From the IMG/VR virus record IMGVR_UViG_3300033233_001970: DNA of 64,000 nucleotides, one strand, 5' to 3'. Numbering within the stretch: position 1 is the stretch's first letter; the number at the start of each line of letters is the position of its first letter. Source of the DNA: a virus (taxonomy: Duplodnaviria > Caudoviricetes). The position numbers and the translations under genes were made by a program. Below the pieces are notes generated by a model, which searched no databases, had not been told where the DNA came from, and worked only from the letters and a program-made list of their open reading frames with translations. Shown here piece after piece: positions 20,348 through 30,311 of this stretch.

Positions 20348-20857
20348 ATGAATACTCCGCACGGACTCGGCCAGGCGCCCCAACCTTCTGCTCCTACGCC
20401 CACATGGGTCTGGGTCTCGGTAGGCGCCGTTGTCCTTGCCGAAATTGGTGCAGCGATTTGGTTTTTCAACCAACCGAAATCAAATCCAGCTACTCCGCGC
20501 TCGAGCTATTGGGACATCTACGAGCTCAAGATCACGCCCGTCAACAAAAACACGAGCATCACGGATGCGATGGGAATCCCAATCCGTGTTCGGCACGGCG
20601 ACTGGATCATCCGTTCGCTTCTCGCGGTGCCCAACGAATACGATCCGCAAAAACCGCGCACGATCACCTCCAAGCTCGAGCGCATCGAGCACAGCAAAAA
20701 CACAGCGATGTACGAAGCGGGCAAGCTCGCCACCGCGTACGCGAACTTCAACATCCGCAACCCGAATCCGGCACGGGTGACCGACGAGAAAGGCAAATGC
20801 ATCTTCTCTGTTGTGGGCGACCCGAGCACCAACAGAGCGGTCGAAACCACGTGCTGA
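20348..20857 (+). CDS. TM + NPxTP module protein
   Basis: GLG leader, TM, SNPATP...RNPNPARVTDEKGKC. Confidence 0.75.
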   Translation: MNTPHGLGQAPQPSAPTPTWVWVSVGAVVLAEIGAAIWFFNQPKSNPATPRSSYWDIYELKITPVNKNTSITDAMGIPIRVRHGDWIIRSLLAVPNEYDPQKPRTITSKLERIEHSKNTAMYEAGKLATAYANFNIRNPNPARVTDEKGKCIFSVVGDPSTNRAVETTC

Positions 20858-20858
20858 G

Positions 20859-21158
20859 ATGACGATCAAGCTTTCCGTCGACGGGAAAGAAATCCCCATG
20901 AGCGCCGCCGCGAGCGCGGCGTACGGCACGCTCCCCAACTCGGAGAAGGCGATTGGTCAGCTTTTCGAGCTTCTCCGCGAATTCGATTTCGAAGAGGAAG
21001 ACCGCAAGGAGCTCAACGAGCAGATTCAATTGGTGATCGCGATCTTCGGTGGCGAAATGGCCGAATACATCGCGCGTCACCAGTGTGCTACATGCGCCGC
21101 CGAATCGGAACGCAAGCACAGGGAGTTTGTCGTGAAGGCGAGCGAGAAGTCGTCGTGA
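20859..21158 (+). CDS. hypothetical protein
   Basis: Coupled ORF. Confidence 0.6.
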   Translation: MTIKLSVDGKEIPMSAAASAAYGTLPNSEKAIGQLFELLREFDFEEEDRKELNEQIQLVIAIFGGEMAEYIARHQCATCAAESERKHREFVVKASEKSS

Positions 21159-21979
21159 ACGGCAAGCTTGTCGGATCCATCGGCGACATCGGCGTTCCGG
21201 AGGAAGCCGGCGGGCGCGTGTACGAAACTTCGCCAGGCCATTTCGAGCTCGAATGGATCGAACCGCCGCCCGATGATCGTCGTATGGAGCCTGGAACGTA
21301 CGATGCGCCGGACGGGCAATGGACGATCTATGGAGTGTTGCTCGATCCCGAGATCCCAGATTGGGGCGATTTGCGAGACGCAGCACGAAGCGTCGGCATG
21401 CCCTGGATGGAACTTGCGGACGCGTTCATGAGTACCGATCCTATCAAACGAGCATACGCTTACGAAACGTGGGCGAGTTACTACGGCTGGCACGAGCTCG
21501 ATTCGTATCCGACGCATCTCTACAGGAGCGAAGTCGAGAAACGGTTCAAGACCGAGCTCTACCCGTCGGCGAGCTGGATCAAGGTCAAATCGATGCCGTA
21601 CACGATGGGATCGGTACCCGTGATTGTGGCGGGGAAGACGCTCCTGTTCTCGTCTTTGCTCGTGACGCCTTCGGACGGCAGTACGCCTTTCAATCTCTTG
21701 GCACCTGCTGCCACGGCGGTAGACACGCATCTGTTCGAGATCGAAAACGAGAACGACAGTTATTACGTTCTCATCGTCGCTGATTTCGTATTTCTAGGAA
21801 AGTACGACAGCTACGATCCCGACGATCCGAGACCCGCAAAAGCCGATCGAGAGATCATGTTCGATGAGGAGCGGGACATACGGGGTGTATTCCCTGAAAT
21901 TGGTAATTCTGCGGATCTGTCACAAATCAACATCACTCATGAAGAAATGATCCGCCGCCTCTCGAAATGGCTGGACTGA
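21155..21979 (+). CDS. hypothetical protein; N-domain paralogous to 24005-24805
   Basis: Shared ELEWI..W..Y.V.LD.EIP.WG.L..AA.SVG...F.S.DP..RA.A.E..GW.E.D. Confidence 0.75.
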   Translation: MNGKLVGSIGDIGVPEEAGGRVYETSPGHFELEWIEPPPDDRRMEPGTYDAPDGQWTIYGVLLDPEIPDWGDLRDAARSVGMPWMELADAFMSTDPIKRAYAYETWASYYGWHELDSYPTHLYRSEVEKRFKTELYPSASWIKVKSMPYTMGSVPVIVAGKTLLFSSLLVTPSDGSTPFNLLAPAATAVDTHLFEIENENDSYYVLIVADFVFLGKYDSYDPDDPRPAKADREIMFDEERDIRGVFPEIGNSADLSQINITHEEMIRRLSKWLD

Positions 21980-21980
21980 A

Positions 21981-22259
21981 ATGATCACCGAAGAGCACAT
22001 CGAAAAACTGATCCACCGCGTGCTGGATATCTTCCCAGACGCAACGGGTGTAAGCGTCGCAAGGTTCATACTTCGTTTCGGACATAGCGATTCATGGGGC
22101 TGGGATTGCACCATCGACATTCCGCGACGTAGCAAAGGCAAACAAAAGCGACGGTTGCACGGAAATGAAGCCTTCCGAGGCAGCGGCGAAACACCAGAAG
22201 AAGCTGTCGAAAAAGCCATTCAGTTCGTGCAATGGGACAAAGCCGGCCTCCTCGATTGA
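21981..22259 (+). CDS. hypothetical protein
   Basis: Coupled ORF. Confidence 0.6.
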   Translation: MITEEHIEKLIHRVLDIFPDATGVSVARFILRFGHSDSWGWDCTIDIPRRSKGKQKRRLHGNEAFRGSGETPEEAVEKAIQFVQWDKAGLLD

Positions 22260-22268
22260 GACGAGAAC

Positions 22269-23327
22269 ATGCAAGCCACTGCCCTCCGCTCCTATCAAAG
22301 CGCCTTCAGCTCCCCGCCAGGAGTCTACGTCGTGCATTCCGGCGACGAAGCGTACTTCCCTGCGATGGGACTCATTACGGATGGTCACGCGTTTTCGAGG
22401 TACGTCGGAGCGATTCCAGGGTTCTTGATCGCCGAGCTCACGGCACCATCGGTCGAAATTCTGACCGCCAACCGCGACGGGTTCCGAGATCGTTCGGTGT
22501 CGTACGCGGTGGATCGGCTCGCCGAGCGCATCGCCAAAGACAACATGAGCGCGCTCAAGGCAAAGAAGGGCCTCATTCGGAAGAAATACGAGGGTTCCGG
22601 CAAGTTCAAAGCCCGAAGCCTCGCGGCCAGCCTTCTTGAGCGCATCGGGCCAAGCGCAACGGCGCTTTCCACGGCCGATACCGAAGAAATCGTTGCGACG
22701 ATCGGGGACTACGCGCGTCGAGAAGAGGAGTCGCGTCGTGAGCTACGACTCCCCGCCGCGCCCGCCGCCATCGCGATGCTCGATCAGAAATTCGCGGGTC
22801 CGAACCACATCGAAGCTGCCATCAAGCAGCTCGTTTGGGAGCCTGACTTCTACCTGATGAACGACATCGAAGGATTCACCGTTCCGAAGAAGTTCTTCCC
22901 CGAGACGATGACGCCGACCATCCTGAAGCTCGCCAAGACGTGGACCGAGCTTTGCCGGTACGTGCTCATGCAGCTTGGTTCGGAAGCGCGGTTCGGAGTC
23001 GGGTTCGTGTTCTCGAACCATATGGCGGCAGCGGCGATGGAAGAGGAAGACAAAGACGGGCGGCCCGAGCCGTGGATCATGTTGAATCCTCACAAGGACA
23101 TGTACAATCTCGACGAGATTTGGCGCCCTTCGCAAAATCCCGATCTCAAATGGCTTTACGCCGCCGCGATTCACGAAGCGACACACATCGCCGATCGCAT
23201 TTCGTACCACGACGAGAGCTTCGCAGCGGCTCTTACTAGAAACATGGCCAAATGCGCGGATGGGTACCGCAAGATTCGGCAGATCGTGGACGGACTGCGG
23301 ATGCGTGGTGGGCCGGAGCTCGACTGA
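22269..23327 (+). CDS. protein with C-terminal HExxH zinc-metallopeptidase-like motif; possibly N-terminally truncated
   Basis: AIHEATH...YHDESF; LTANRDG resembles the segment following GHKL ATPase domains. Confidence 0.5.
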   Translation: MQATALRSYQSAFSSPPGVYVVHSGDEAYFPAMGLITDGHAFSRYVGAIPGFLIAELTAPSVEILTANRDGFRDRSVSYAVDRLAERIAKDNMSALKAKKGLIRKKYEGSGKFKARSLAASLLERIGPSATALSTADTEEIVATIGDYARREEESRRELRLPAAPAAIAMLDQKFAGPNHIEAAIKQLVWEPDFYLMNDIEGFTVPKKFFPETMTPTILKLAKTWTELCRYVLMQLGSEARFGVGFVFSNHMAAAAMEEEDKDGRPEPWIMLNPHKDMYNLDEIWRPSQNPDLKWLYAAAIHEATHIADRISYHDESFAAALTRNMAKCADGYRKIRQIVDGLRMRGGPELD

Positions 23328-23328
23328 A

Positions 23329-24015
23329 ATGCGTCGGAAGATCCAGACGACGAACAATGCCGGCGCAGACGCCGTCACCTACGCCAAGGCTCGCGATGGA
23401 CTTTATTGGTATTTTCGTCGCTACGGCATCGACGAGAGCCGGTTCGGATGGCAGATTGAGCCGCTCGGAGGAAAGCTGGAGATCAAGTACGGAAGCAAAG
23501 TGAAAATCTATCGCGTGCCGGCGGCTCCGCTTCTCGAGCACGTGCCTGATGATCCCGCTTGGGGTTACCGTGGCATGTCCTGGGAAGAGTGGAAATTCAT
23601 CCGCATCGAGAAACGTATCGAGAGCCTGTACGCGCACAACTTGGGCGAAGAGCAAACAGGTTTCACATTCTTCGGCAAGGCAAGCCAAGCAGAATCCTAC
23701 GCTTCGGGTTTCGCGCCGCTGCCGTACTTGCCGGCCTTTCGCCGACCAGGTGTTGTTGTCGCTGTACCGCGAGAGCTTTTGCTTACGCACAAGGACAGGC
23801 CCAAGGCCATTCCGGGCTCGGAGTTGGCCGCGTTCGGGGCGTTGCCAGCAAGTGTCATTGGCGGCGTGTGGTACCTCATTCCGAATCGCATTCGGTTTGG
23901 GGCGCTAGACATTGTACTCGATCTTCTCTCCAACGTTACGCGATGGACGGACGGCAGCCGACACAACCCAAGCGTGAGCTACATCGTGTATCATGAGGCG
24001 TCCCATGCGACGTAA
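23329..24015 (+). CDS. hypothetical protein
   Basis: Coupled ORF of 228 aa. Confidence 0.65.
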   Translation: MRRKIQTTNNAGADAVTYAKARDGLYWYFRRYGIDESRFGWQIEPLGGKLEIKYGSKVKIYRVPAAPLLEHVPDDPAWGYRGMSWEEWKFIRIEKRIESLYAHNLGEEQTGFTFFGKASQAESYASGFAPLPYLPAFRRPGVVVAVPRELLLTHKDRPKAIPGSELAAFGALPASVIGGVWYLIPNRIRFGALDIVLDLLSNVTRWTDGSRHNPSVSYIVYHEASHAT

Positions 24016-24805
24016 CCCAGAAATCAAAAAACTTCTAGGCACCCTCGACAGCCCGCCAGGCAACGGCGGATTCGTCTACGAGGTTCAGGGAGACTCCACA
24101 ACCTGGCACGAGCTTGAATGGATTGTCCGTAAAGGAAAAAAGTGGCGGGTCTACACGGTGCCTTTGGATCAAGAAATTCCTCACTGGGGCAATCTTGCCG
24201 AGGCCGCAGGATCCGTCGGGATCAGTTTCGTCGAGCTCGGCAGAAGATTCGAGAGCGATGATCCGATGGAGCGAGCGAACGCATGGGAGATTTACGGCGA
24301 TTCCGAAGGCTGGGATGAAGTCGATGACACGTGGGAGGAGCTCGACGCGGACGAAGTCAACGACCGGTACTCGCTCGCCGTACCTGTCAAAGATCCAGTT
24401 CCGACAAAAATCCCGCCGCTCGACAATTTCACCGATGCGTACATCACGGCCGCGCTCTGGTCGACGAACGACGAATCAACACCGGCGGGCGGTGTACCGC
24501 TCGATCAGAACTACGGCATTCACGACATCCACCGCGACACGCTCAAGAAGATGATCGAGGACTGCGAGCGATTTCAGGCGATGAACATGCACGATCTCGA
24601 TCTCGCGTATCAACACAGCGGCGGACACGGCGGGTACGCTCCAGGCAACGCGGGCCATGATTTTTGGTTGACGCGCGGTGGCCATGGCACAGGATTCTGG
24701 GACCGTGGACTTGGCGACGTCGGCGACCGGCTCACGAAAGTGTCGGAAAAGTTCGGTGAATTCAATCTCTACGTCGGCGACGACGGGAAGATTCACGGTT
24801 CGTGA
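24005..24805 (+). CDS. two-domain hypothetical protein with MRRNP leader
   Basis: Paralog domain of 21155 followed by AYITAALWS...AGHDFWLTRGGHGTGFWDR. Confidence 0.8.
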   Translation: MRRNPEIKKLLGTLDSPPGNGGFVYEVQGDSTTWHELEWIVRKGKKWRVYTVPLDQEIPHWGNLAEAAGSVGISFVELGRRFESDDPMERANAWEIYGDSEGWDEVDDTWEELDADEVNDRYSLAVPVKDPVPTKIPPLDNFTDAYITAALWSTNDESTPAGGVPLDQNYGIHDIHRDTLKKMIEDCERFQAMNMHDLDLAYQHSGGHGGYAPGNAGHDFWLTRGGHGTGFWDRGLGDVGDRLTKVSEKFGEFNLYVGDDGKIHGS

Positions 24806-25173
24806 GCCTCTGGCTTTCACCGCAAAAACCTTCGCTCGTGAAGCTCGAGCGCTTCGCTTGGTATCCGCACTTTCTCGACAACCTCGAAGACACGCTCATG
24901 GGTCATCGAGGAAAACCTGGCTTGCCGGAATACGTCACCGTTCGGTGGAAGAAGTACGACAAATTTCTTTTCACCATTGAGACCGATGACGAAGAAGACG
25001 ATCAGGAAGAATGGGCGTTTATCGATCACGTTGCAGAGCTCATCGGGGGCGGCGCCGATGTTCCGCCACTTGTTGCGCGACGCAATCGTCCTGAAGACGG
25101 CATTCATCGCGCATGGGCGGCGCGTAAGCTCGGACTCGAGGTCGCGCCGGTGATCGATCTCACAGAGATGTGA
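24802..25173 (+). CDS. ParB/Srx-like domain protein
   Basis: VPPLV...EDGIHRAWAARKLG. Confidence 0.55.
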   Translation: MSLWLSPQKPSLVKLERFAWYPHFLDNLEDTLMGHRGKPGLPEYVTVRWKKYDKFLFTIETDDEEDDQEEWAFIDHVAELIGGGADVPPLVARRNRPEDGIHRAWAARKLGLEVAPVIDLTEM

Positions 25174-26037
25174 TCATTCTTCAGCGTCGACCATTTTAGC
25201 GTAGGCGTCACCGATTCGTCCCGCATGAGCGCTTGCTGAAGCCGCAGCTATTTGAATACTGCACGCCTCTCCCACTTTCGCGCCGCACAATCGACACGGC
25301 ACTTCGGTTACCAAGATACTTTTTTCGCCGCGTGTGAGCTTGAGAACGGTCGTCATTGCTTCATCTTCCGCGATGTTCGAAAAAAGCATTCGGCCACCGG
25401 CTGCCGATCCCTACTTCGACGGACTCGATTTTCCGCTCGGGCTCCCACCATCCACCTTGCTGGATGCCGATGCATGGGAAGATCGTGCAGTACCCGCCGA
25501 TTGCTTTGGCGGTGTACATGTGCCCTCGACCGCAGCGACCGGCAAAAGCAGCGGATGTTCGGTAGATGTTCATTTTGAAAGCGCCGCCTCTCCGGGTAGC
25601 TAATTCCGGGTGGACCGATACCGCCGCGTGGGATTGATTTGTTGCGAACATTGCAGTTCGGTGCGCGGTACCAGCGACGCCTTCCGGGCGGCAGCATCTC
25701 CCGCACCTCCAACCCAGACTTCGAGCGAACGGATCAGGGAGCCGAGGCGGCCCTTAGCCCCATGCCGGAGACATTACGACGGTTTGATACAAGCGGCCAT
25801 CTTCTCGACGCATCGCGAGCAGACGTACGCGTTGTTCTGGATCGGGGAAGGCGGATTCGTAACACCAATGACGCCCTGTGGACAGTCTTCGCCGCAGAGC
25901 GAACAATAGCGAAAGCCGTCGGGATCGGGCCAAAGTGAAACTCGATCGAGGTGGGCGCCCAAGATGCGCGACTCATCGTCGTGACCTAGCACGTTTTCGT
26001 CGCCGTTGCACTACAACTCTGGTATACAAATCGAGCC

Positions 26038-27471
26038 ATGAAAATCCACAACGTCCGCCTCGGCCTCGCCACGAACTCGAGCTCGACCCACTCGATCATC
26101 TTCACGAAGAACCGCGTGAAGGACAAAGACGTCGAGGGGCGCGAATTCGGCTGGGATCTTTGGACTGCTGCCTCGAAAGAAGCGAAGCGGCAGTACGTCG
26201 CGATCCATCTCCTTCACGCCATTCGTGGCCAGGTCTCCAAGGACGTCGCCGATGCGGTGCTCGAGCAGTGGATCCCAGGCGTCGAGCGTCCGGTGAAGGA
26301 AGACGACGAATTCGCATGGGACGAACAGGTTCGCGGCTACGTCGATCATCAGTCGGAATACGTGCTCCCGCGTGCGTGGGACGGCGCGGGTGTCGACAAG
26401 GCGTTCTTCGAGGACTTCCGCGACTTCTTCCTTCGTGACGACGTCGTCATCCTCGGCGGCAACGACAACGACGACGAGACTCACGAGCTCGGTAAGGGTT
26501 TCGTGCTCCCCATCACACGGGACGGCGGCGCAGGCGATATGGTCGCGCGCAAAGACGAACAGGGCGGCTATTGGACGCTCTTCGATCGCAACGACGGTAC
26601 TAAGATTCGGTTCTCGTTCGACACGCCAACTTCGAGAAAAGAAGTCACAAAGGCGTCCGCGCCAGAGCTTGTCGACATCAAGATCACCGACTTCTGTCCC
26701 TACAACTGCGCGTTTTGCTACCAGGGCTCGACCGGCGGCGGCAAACACGCCGATGTCGGCATGTTCTACCGCATTGCAGAAACGCTCGGACAGCTCCGCG
26801 TCTTCGAAGTTGCCATCGGCGGCGGCGAACCGACGCTTCACCCGAAGTTTCTCCAGATTCTCGACGCATTCAAGAGCCGTGGCATCGTCGCGAATTTCAC
26901 GACGAAGAATCTCGCGTGGCTCCGCGATGCGATGGCGTGGCCGAAGATCATGGAAAAGATCGGCGCATTCGCGTTTTCGGTCGATGACGAAAAAGACGTC
27001 GAGCAGCTCGCCGCGCTTCTCGAGGTGAACGGCATCGACACAAGCCAAGCGTCCGTGCAGTACGTCATGGGCTCCACCGACGTCTACAAGATGGAGCGGA
27101 TTATCGAGAAAGCGGCCGACGCCCGTCTTCGCATCACGCTCCTCGGCTACAAGACGACAGGACGTGGTTCGAGCTTCAAGCCGCAGCCGTACAAGGACTG
27201 GGTCAAGCGCGTCAAGAAGCTCTACGAACAGAAGCACTATTTCACGCTCGGCATCGACACCGCACTCGCCAAGGAAAGTGGTGGCGAGCTCGCCGACGAA
27301 CGCATCCCGACCAAGCTCTACGCGACGGACGAAGGCAAGTTCTCGATGTACATCGATGCGGTCGACGGAAAAATCGCGGCGTCGTCCTACGTCGAGGACA
27401 TCGCGATGAAACGCGCGGATCTCCAGAATCTCACCAAAGAGAAGCTCGTCGCGGCGTTCGCGGAGTGGTGA
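26038..27471 (+). CDS. radical SAM protein with N-terminal TNSSS-motif domain
   Basis: CPYNCAFC cluster motif, IGGGEPTLHP; N-terminus MKIHNVRLGLATNSSSTHS. Confidence 0.9.
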   Translation: MKIHNVRLGLATNSSSTHSIIFTKNRVKDKDVEGREFGWDLWTAASKEAKRQYVAIHLLHAIRGQVSKDVADAVLEQWIPGVERPVKEDDEFAWDEQVRGYVDHQSEYVLPRAWDGAGVDKAFFEDFRDFFLRDDVVILGGNDNDDETHELGKGFVLPITRDGGAGDMVARKDEQGGYWTLFDRNDGTKIRFSFDTPTSRKEVTKASAPELVDIKITDFCPYNCAFCYQGSTGGGKHADVGMFYRIAETLGQLRVFEVAIGGGEPTLHPKFLQILDAFKSRGIVANFTTKNLAWLRDAMAWPKIMEKIGAFAFSVDDEKDVEQLAALLEVNGIDTSQASVQYVMGSTDVYKMERIIEKAADARLRITLLGYKTTGRGSSFKPQPYKDWVKRVKKLYEQKHYFTLGIDTALAKESGGELADERIPTKLYATDEGKFSMYIDAVDGKIAASSYVEDIAMKRADLQNLTKEKLVAAFAEW

Positions 27472-27514
27472 CCGCGTCTTGACTTTCCGCGCCCGTCATG
27501 TCCGTAATGCAAGA

Positions 27515-28087
27515 ATGGCGAAACCGCCGTGGCCGTACGATCCGAGATTACGCGAGCTACTTGTCGCCTTTCTCAAGGTGGCAAAAAAAGTACGTAAATC
27601 CTATGCCATTGGCGGCGCCTTAGCGATGAGCGCCCACGGGTACGTACGTCAGACGTCGGATTTGGACGCGTTTCTTTTGGATGAGGATCGGCTCGATTGG
27701 TTACGCGCGCTCCGTAAGGCAGGTCTCACGATTGACAGCGTTTTTCGAGGTATTCACTACATCGCTTTTTTCCCGAAACACGCGGATCCGCGCATCCGTA
27801 TTGATTTGCTTTTCCCGGCTACGGAGCCCGAGTTAAGCGCAGTCGAATTCCCGGTGAGTGCAAAAATAGCTGGATTCAACGCAGAAGTATTCCCGTTGGA
27901 ATTACTTGTTGTGGCCAAGTTTTTGTCCGACAGGCCGGAAGATCAACGAGACTTCGACGTCATGTTCAATCTGGGTATTTTCGAACCGACCGCAGCTCGA
28001 AGAATTATCAAATCCATCGAGCCAAAGAAAGTCGTCGCTACTTTCGATCAAAGAATCAAAGACCTGAGCAGACCTCGCTTGCCGTGA
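27515..28087 (+). CDS. nucleotidyltransferase (pol-beta superfamily, DUF6036/AbiEii-like)
   Basis: YAIGGALAM...RQTSDLD; K...RPED..D; start 27515 follows TTGACT-N18-CGTAAT-N6. Confidence 0.75.
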   Translation: MAKPPWPYDPRLRELLVAFLKVAKKVRKSYAIGGALAMSAHGYVRQTSDLDAFLLDEDRLDWLRALRKAGLTIDSVFRGIHYIAFFPKHADPRIRIDLLFPATEPELSAVEFPVSAKIAGFNAEVFPLELLVVAKFLSDRPEDQRDFDVMFNLGIFEPTAARRIIKSIEPKKVVATFDQRIKDLSRPRLP

Positions 28088-28422
28088 GGGTGCGATGATG
28101 ACTGGCAAAGAAGCGGTTCGGATCATCAACGACTCCCTGAGCCGGTCAGGACGAACGAAATTTCGAAGAGCTACACGATCTCGTGGGTACAAATGCTGTC
28201 GCGACCATCGACGCACTTCAGGCGCTCACGACAGCGATCGAATACGCCATGCTTCTGCGCATGTAATGGACTGCATGTGCCAGACGTGCGGACGCGAATT
28301 TCATCTCTTGGTTCGTGCGTCGGAGTACGCCTCCGAAGCCGAATCGAACGAAGCGCCTCGGCTCTGCCCGCGCTGTTGGAAAGCGCAGCCCAAACCACCT
28401 AACCGCCCTCCGTTCCACGAAA

Positions 28423-28896
28423 ATGACTGAACGCGATCCTGACCCGTACGTGATGTACATCGTCGTGCGTAGGAGCTTGAAGCTCTCCGCTGGCAAAGTC
28501 GGCGCGCAGTGTGGTCACGCCGTCCAGTACCTCATGCAAGAATTTTTGCCCGAGAGATGGCCCACCAGAGACGAGGCGAAGCTCCTGTCACGAAAGGTTG
28601 CCGGAACGCTTACCGACGAAGAACGCACCCGCTTCGAGGCGTTGGAAAAAGAGAAAGACGACCGATACGAACGTTGCGTTACGGCCGGCGAATGGCTTAA
28701 GGGCGATCACGCGAAAATCATCCTCGGCGCGAGCGACGACGAGTTCATGAAAGTGCAGCTCGAGAACGAGCACTTCTTCATGGTCGTCGACCTCGGGTAC
28801 ACCCAGGTTGCGCCTGACACTGAGACGTCGCTCGGCTTATGGCCGATGAGAAAAAGCGCAGCGTCGGAAACCGTCAAGACATTGAGACCGTTGTAA
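28423..28896 (+). CDS. peptidyl-tRNA hydrolase 2 (PTH2) family
   Basis: MYIVVRRSL..SAGKVGAQCGHA...KIIL...VVDLGYTQVAPDTETSLG. Confidence 0.88.
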   Translation: MTERDPDPYVMYIVVRRSLKLSAGKVGAQCGHAVQYLMQEFLPERWPTRDEAKLLSRKVAGTLTDEERTRFEALEKEKDDRYERCVTAGEWLKGDHAKIILGASDDEFMKVQLENEHFFMVVDLGYTQVAPDTETSLGLWPMRKSAASETVKTLRPL

Positions 28897-28950
28897 AGGC
28901 AGCTCGACGCCGTAAAGCTCGAGACACTCGATCCTCGACCGGGAGACATC

Positions 28951-29157
28951 ATGAACGAACACATTCTGCAATTCTTCGTATGGGAACACCTTCCCGAACA
29001 TCTCGCTGAGGTGAGCAAGCCGTTCGGCGAGCTCGCGAACCAGATCGTCGCGACGCTGCCGCGCAATCAGGAGCGCACCGTGGCGCTTCGCAAGCTGCTT
29101 GAGGCGAAGGACGCGGCGGTTCGCGCAAAGCTCGCGAAGGAAGACGTCACGAAGTAA
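28951..29157 (+). CDS. small helical-hairpin phage protein, possibly Acb2/Tad1-like
   Basis: HLPEHLAEVSKPF...LPRNQERTVALRKLLEAKDAAVRA; GGAG RBS. Confidence 0.45.
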   Translation: MNEHILQFFVWEHLPEHLAEVSKPFGELANQIVATLPRNQERTVALRKLLEAKDAAVRAKLAKEDVTK

Positions 29158-29210
29158 CGGTTTTCGTTCCGCAACGTCAACGGCTTTCGTTGATGGTAGT
29201 ATCGGTGACG

Positions 29211-30311
29211 ATGCGTCGCCGTTCGAACCCTTACACGTCGCCGTGGACAGTGATCGAATACCGAATCACCCGTCGCCTGATCGACGGGATCGTGTATCTG
29301 GTTCTTCTCGAGCTCGTACAAGAGCCTGGCGAAAAACCGACGACTGCGGTGTACACGTGGCACGCTTCTAGAGCCGACCTCATAAAAACAGCAAAATTTA
29401 CCATACAAAACGCAGCGAGGCGCGAGAGAAACAGTCCGATTCCGGTTCGCTTGTTCGATGAGCGCGGCCAATGCCTCTACGCCGCGCGTAACAAGATGAT
29501 GCCGCCGAGCCACGACCCGAAATGGGGCTTGATCGGACAACGTCCTACGCCGTCGTGGGAAGAAATTCCGTGCGACGCGCGGCCAAACCCGCATGCCAGC
29601 AGGAAGCAGAACCCGATCTACTTCGACGATCTGCCGCTCGCGGAACGTCAGCGACACGCACAACTGTGGCGTGCGTCAATCGCGAAGCTTCGCGATCTGC
29701 CGTATCCGTTTCAGGCGACGTTCGACGGCGAGCGTATCACCGTGCTCGGTCGCGTACGGGATTTCGAACCCTACACAAGTCATCCATGCCAACAAGCTGA
29801 AGCTACCGACGAATCGATGATGGTTCGTGGATCGGATGGCAAGAAGTTCATCGTCTTCGGCCACAGCTTGTTCGTCGGCGACCAACGCCTCGTGTACCAG
29901 TCCGGCTACCGCCGCCGTCCTGTAGTTGATCCTTTGGGACTAGGATGGAAAGAAAACCCCGTCGGCGTCTTCATCTACGATCTCGACGCGCTCGACAAGC
30001 TCGCGGCGATGGAAGGCCAGGATTGGCTCAAAGACGATCGTCGTATGTGGGAACGGTACCGTAGCGGCAATACAGCGCACGCGTTCGTAACGGCGTGGAA
30101 GTTCACACGCCATCTCTCGCCGGAAGATTCGATCTATTGGAAAGACTATTTCGCGGGCGAGACAGGTGTGGAGCTCGGCGTCATCTACGGTAACGGCGGC
30201 TACGCGAGGTACGCCGTATCCAGCGAAGGTGAGATTCGGCTCGATCCAGGATCGACACGACCAGAGAAGGTAGCTCGAGCTCTCGGGCTAGGGTTTCGGG
30301 TGCCGCGATGA
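29211..30311 (+). CDS. modular NP-linked protein (NPYT module + 2 other domains)
   Basis: MRRRSNPYTSPW; linkers RPNP, KQNP, KENP. Confidence 0.8.
   Translation: MRRRSNPYTSPWTVIEYRITRRLIDGIVYLVLLELVQEPGEKPTTAVYTWHASRADLIKTAKFTIQNAARRERNSPIPVRLFDERGQCLYAARNKMMPPSHDPKWGLIGQRPTPSWEEIPCDARPNPHASRKQNPIYFDDLPLAERQRHAQLWRASIAKLRDLPYPFQATFDGERITVLGRVRDFEPYTSHPCQQAEATDESMMVRGSDGKKFIVFGHSLFVGDQRLVYQSGYRRRPVVDPLGLGWKENPVGVFIYDLDALDKLAAMEGQDWLKDDRRMWERYRSGNTAHAFVTAWKFTRHLSPEDSIYWKDYFAGETGVELGVIYGNGGYARYAVSSEGEIRLDPGSTRPEKVARALGLGFRVPR

Noticed and set aside
26011-27237. 408-aa antisense ORF, and similar long shadows (2632-3798, 41971-43167, 52392-53282)
   Set aside because: They overlap better-supported genes on the other strand and are expected from GC-rich codon bias
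27515-28087. AbiE type IV toxin-antitoxin system
   Set aside because: No adjacent AbiEi-like antitoxin recognisable; only a nucleotidyltransferase fold is supported
29177-29193. Hairpin TCAACG-N5-CGTTGA as a terminator
   Set aside because: Short stem without a U-tract, and it abuts the next promoter
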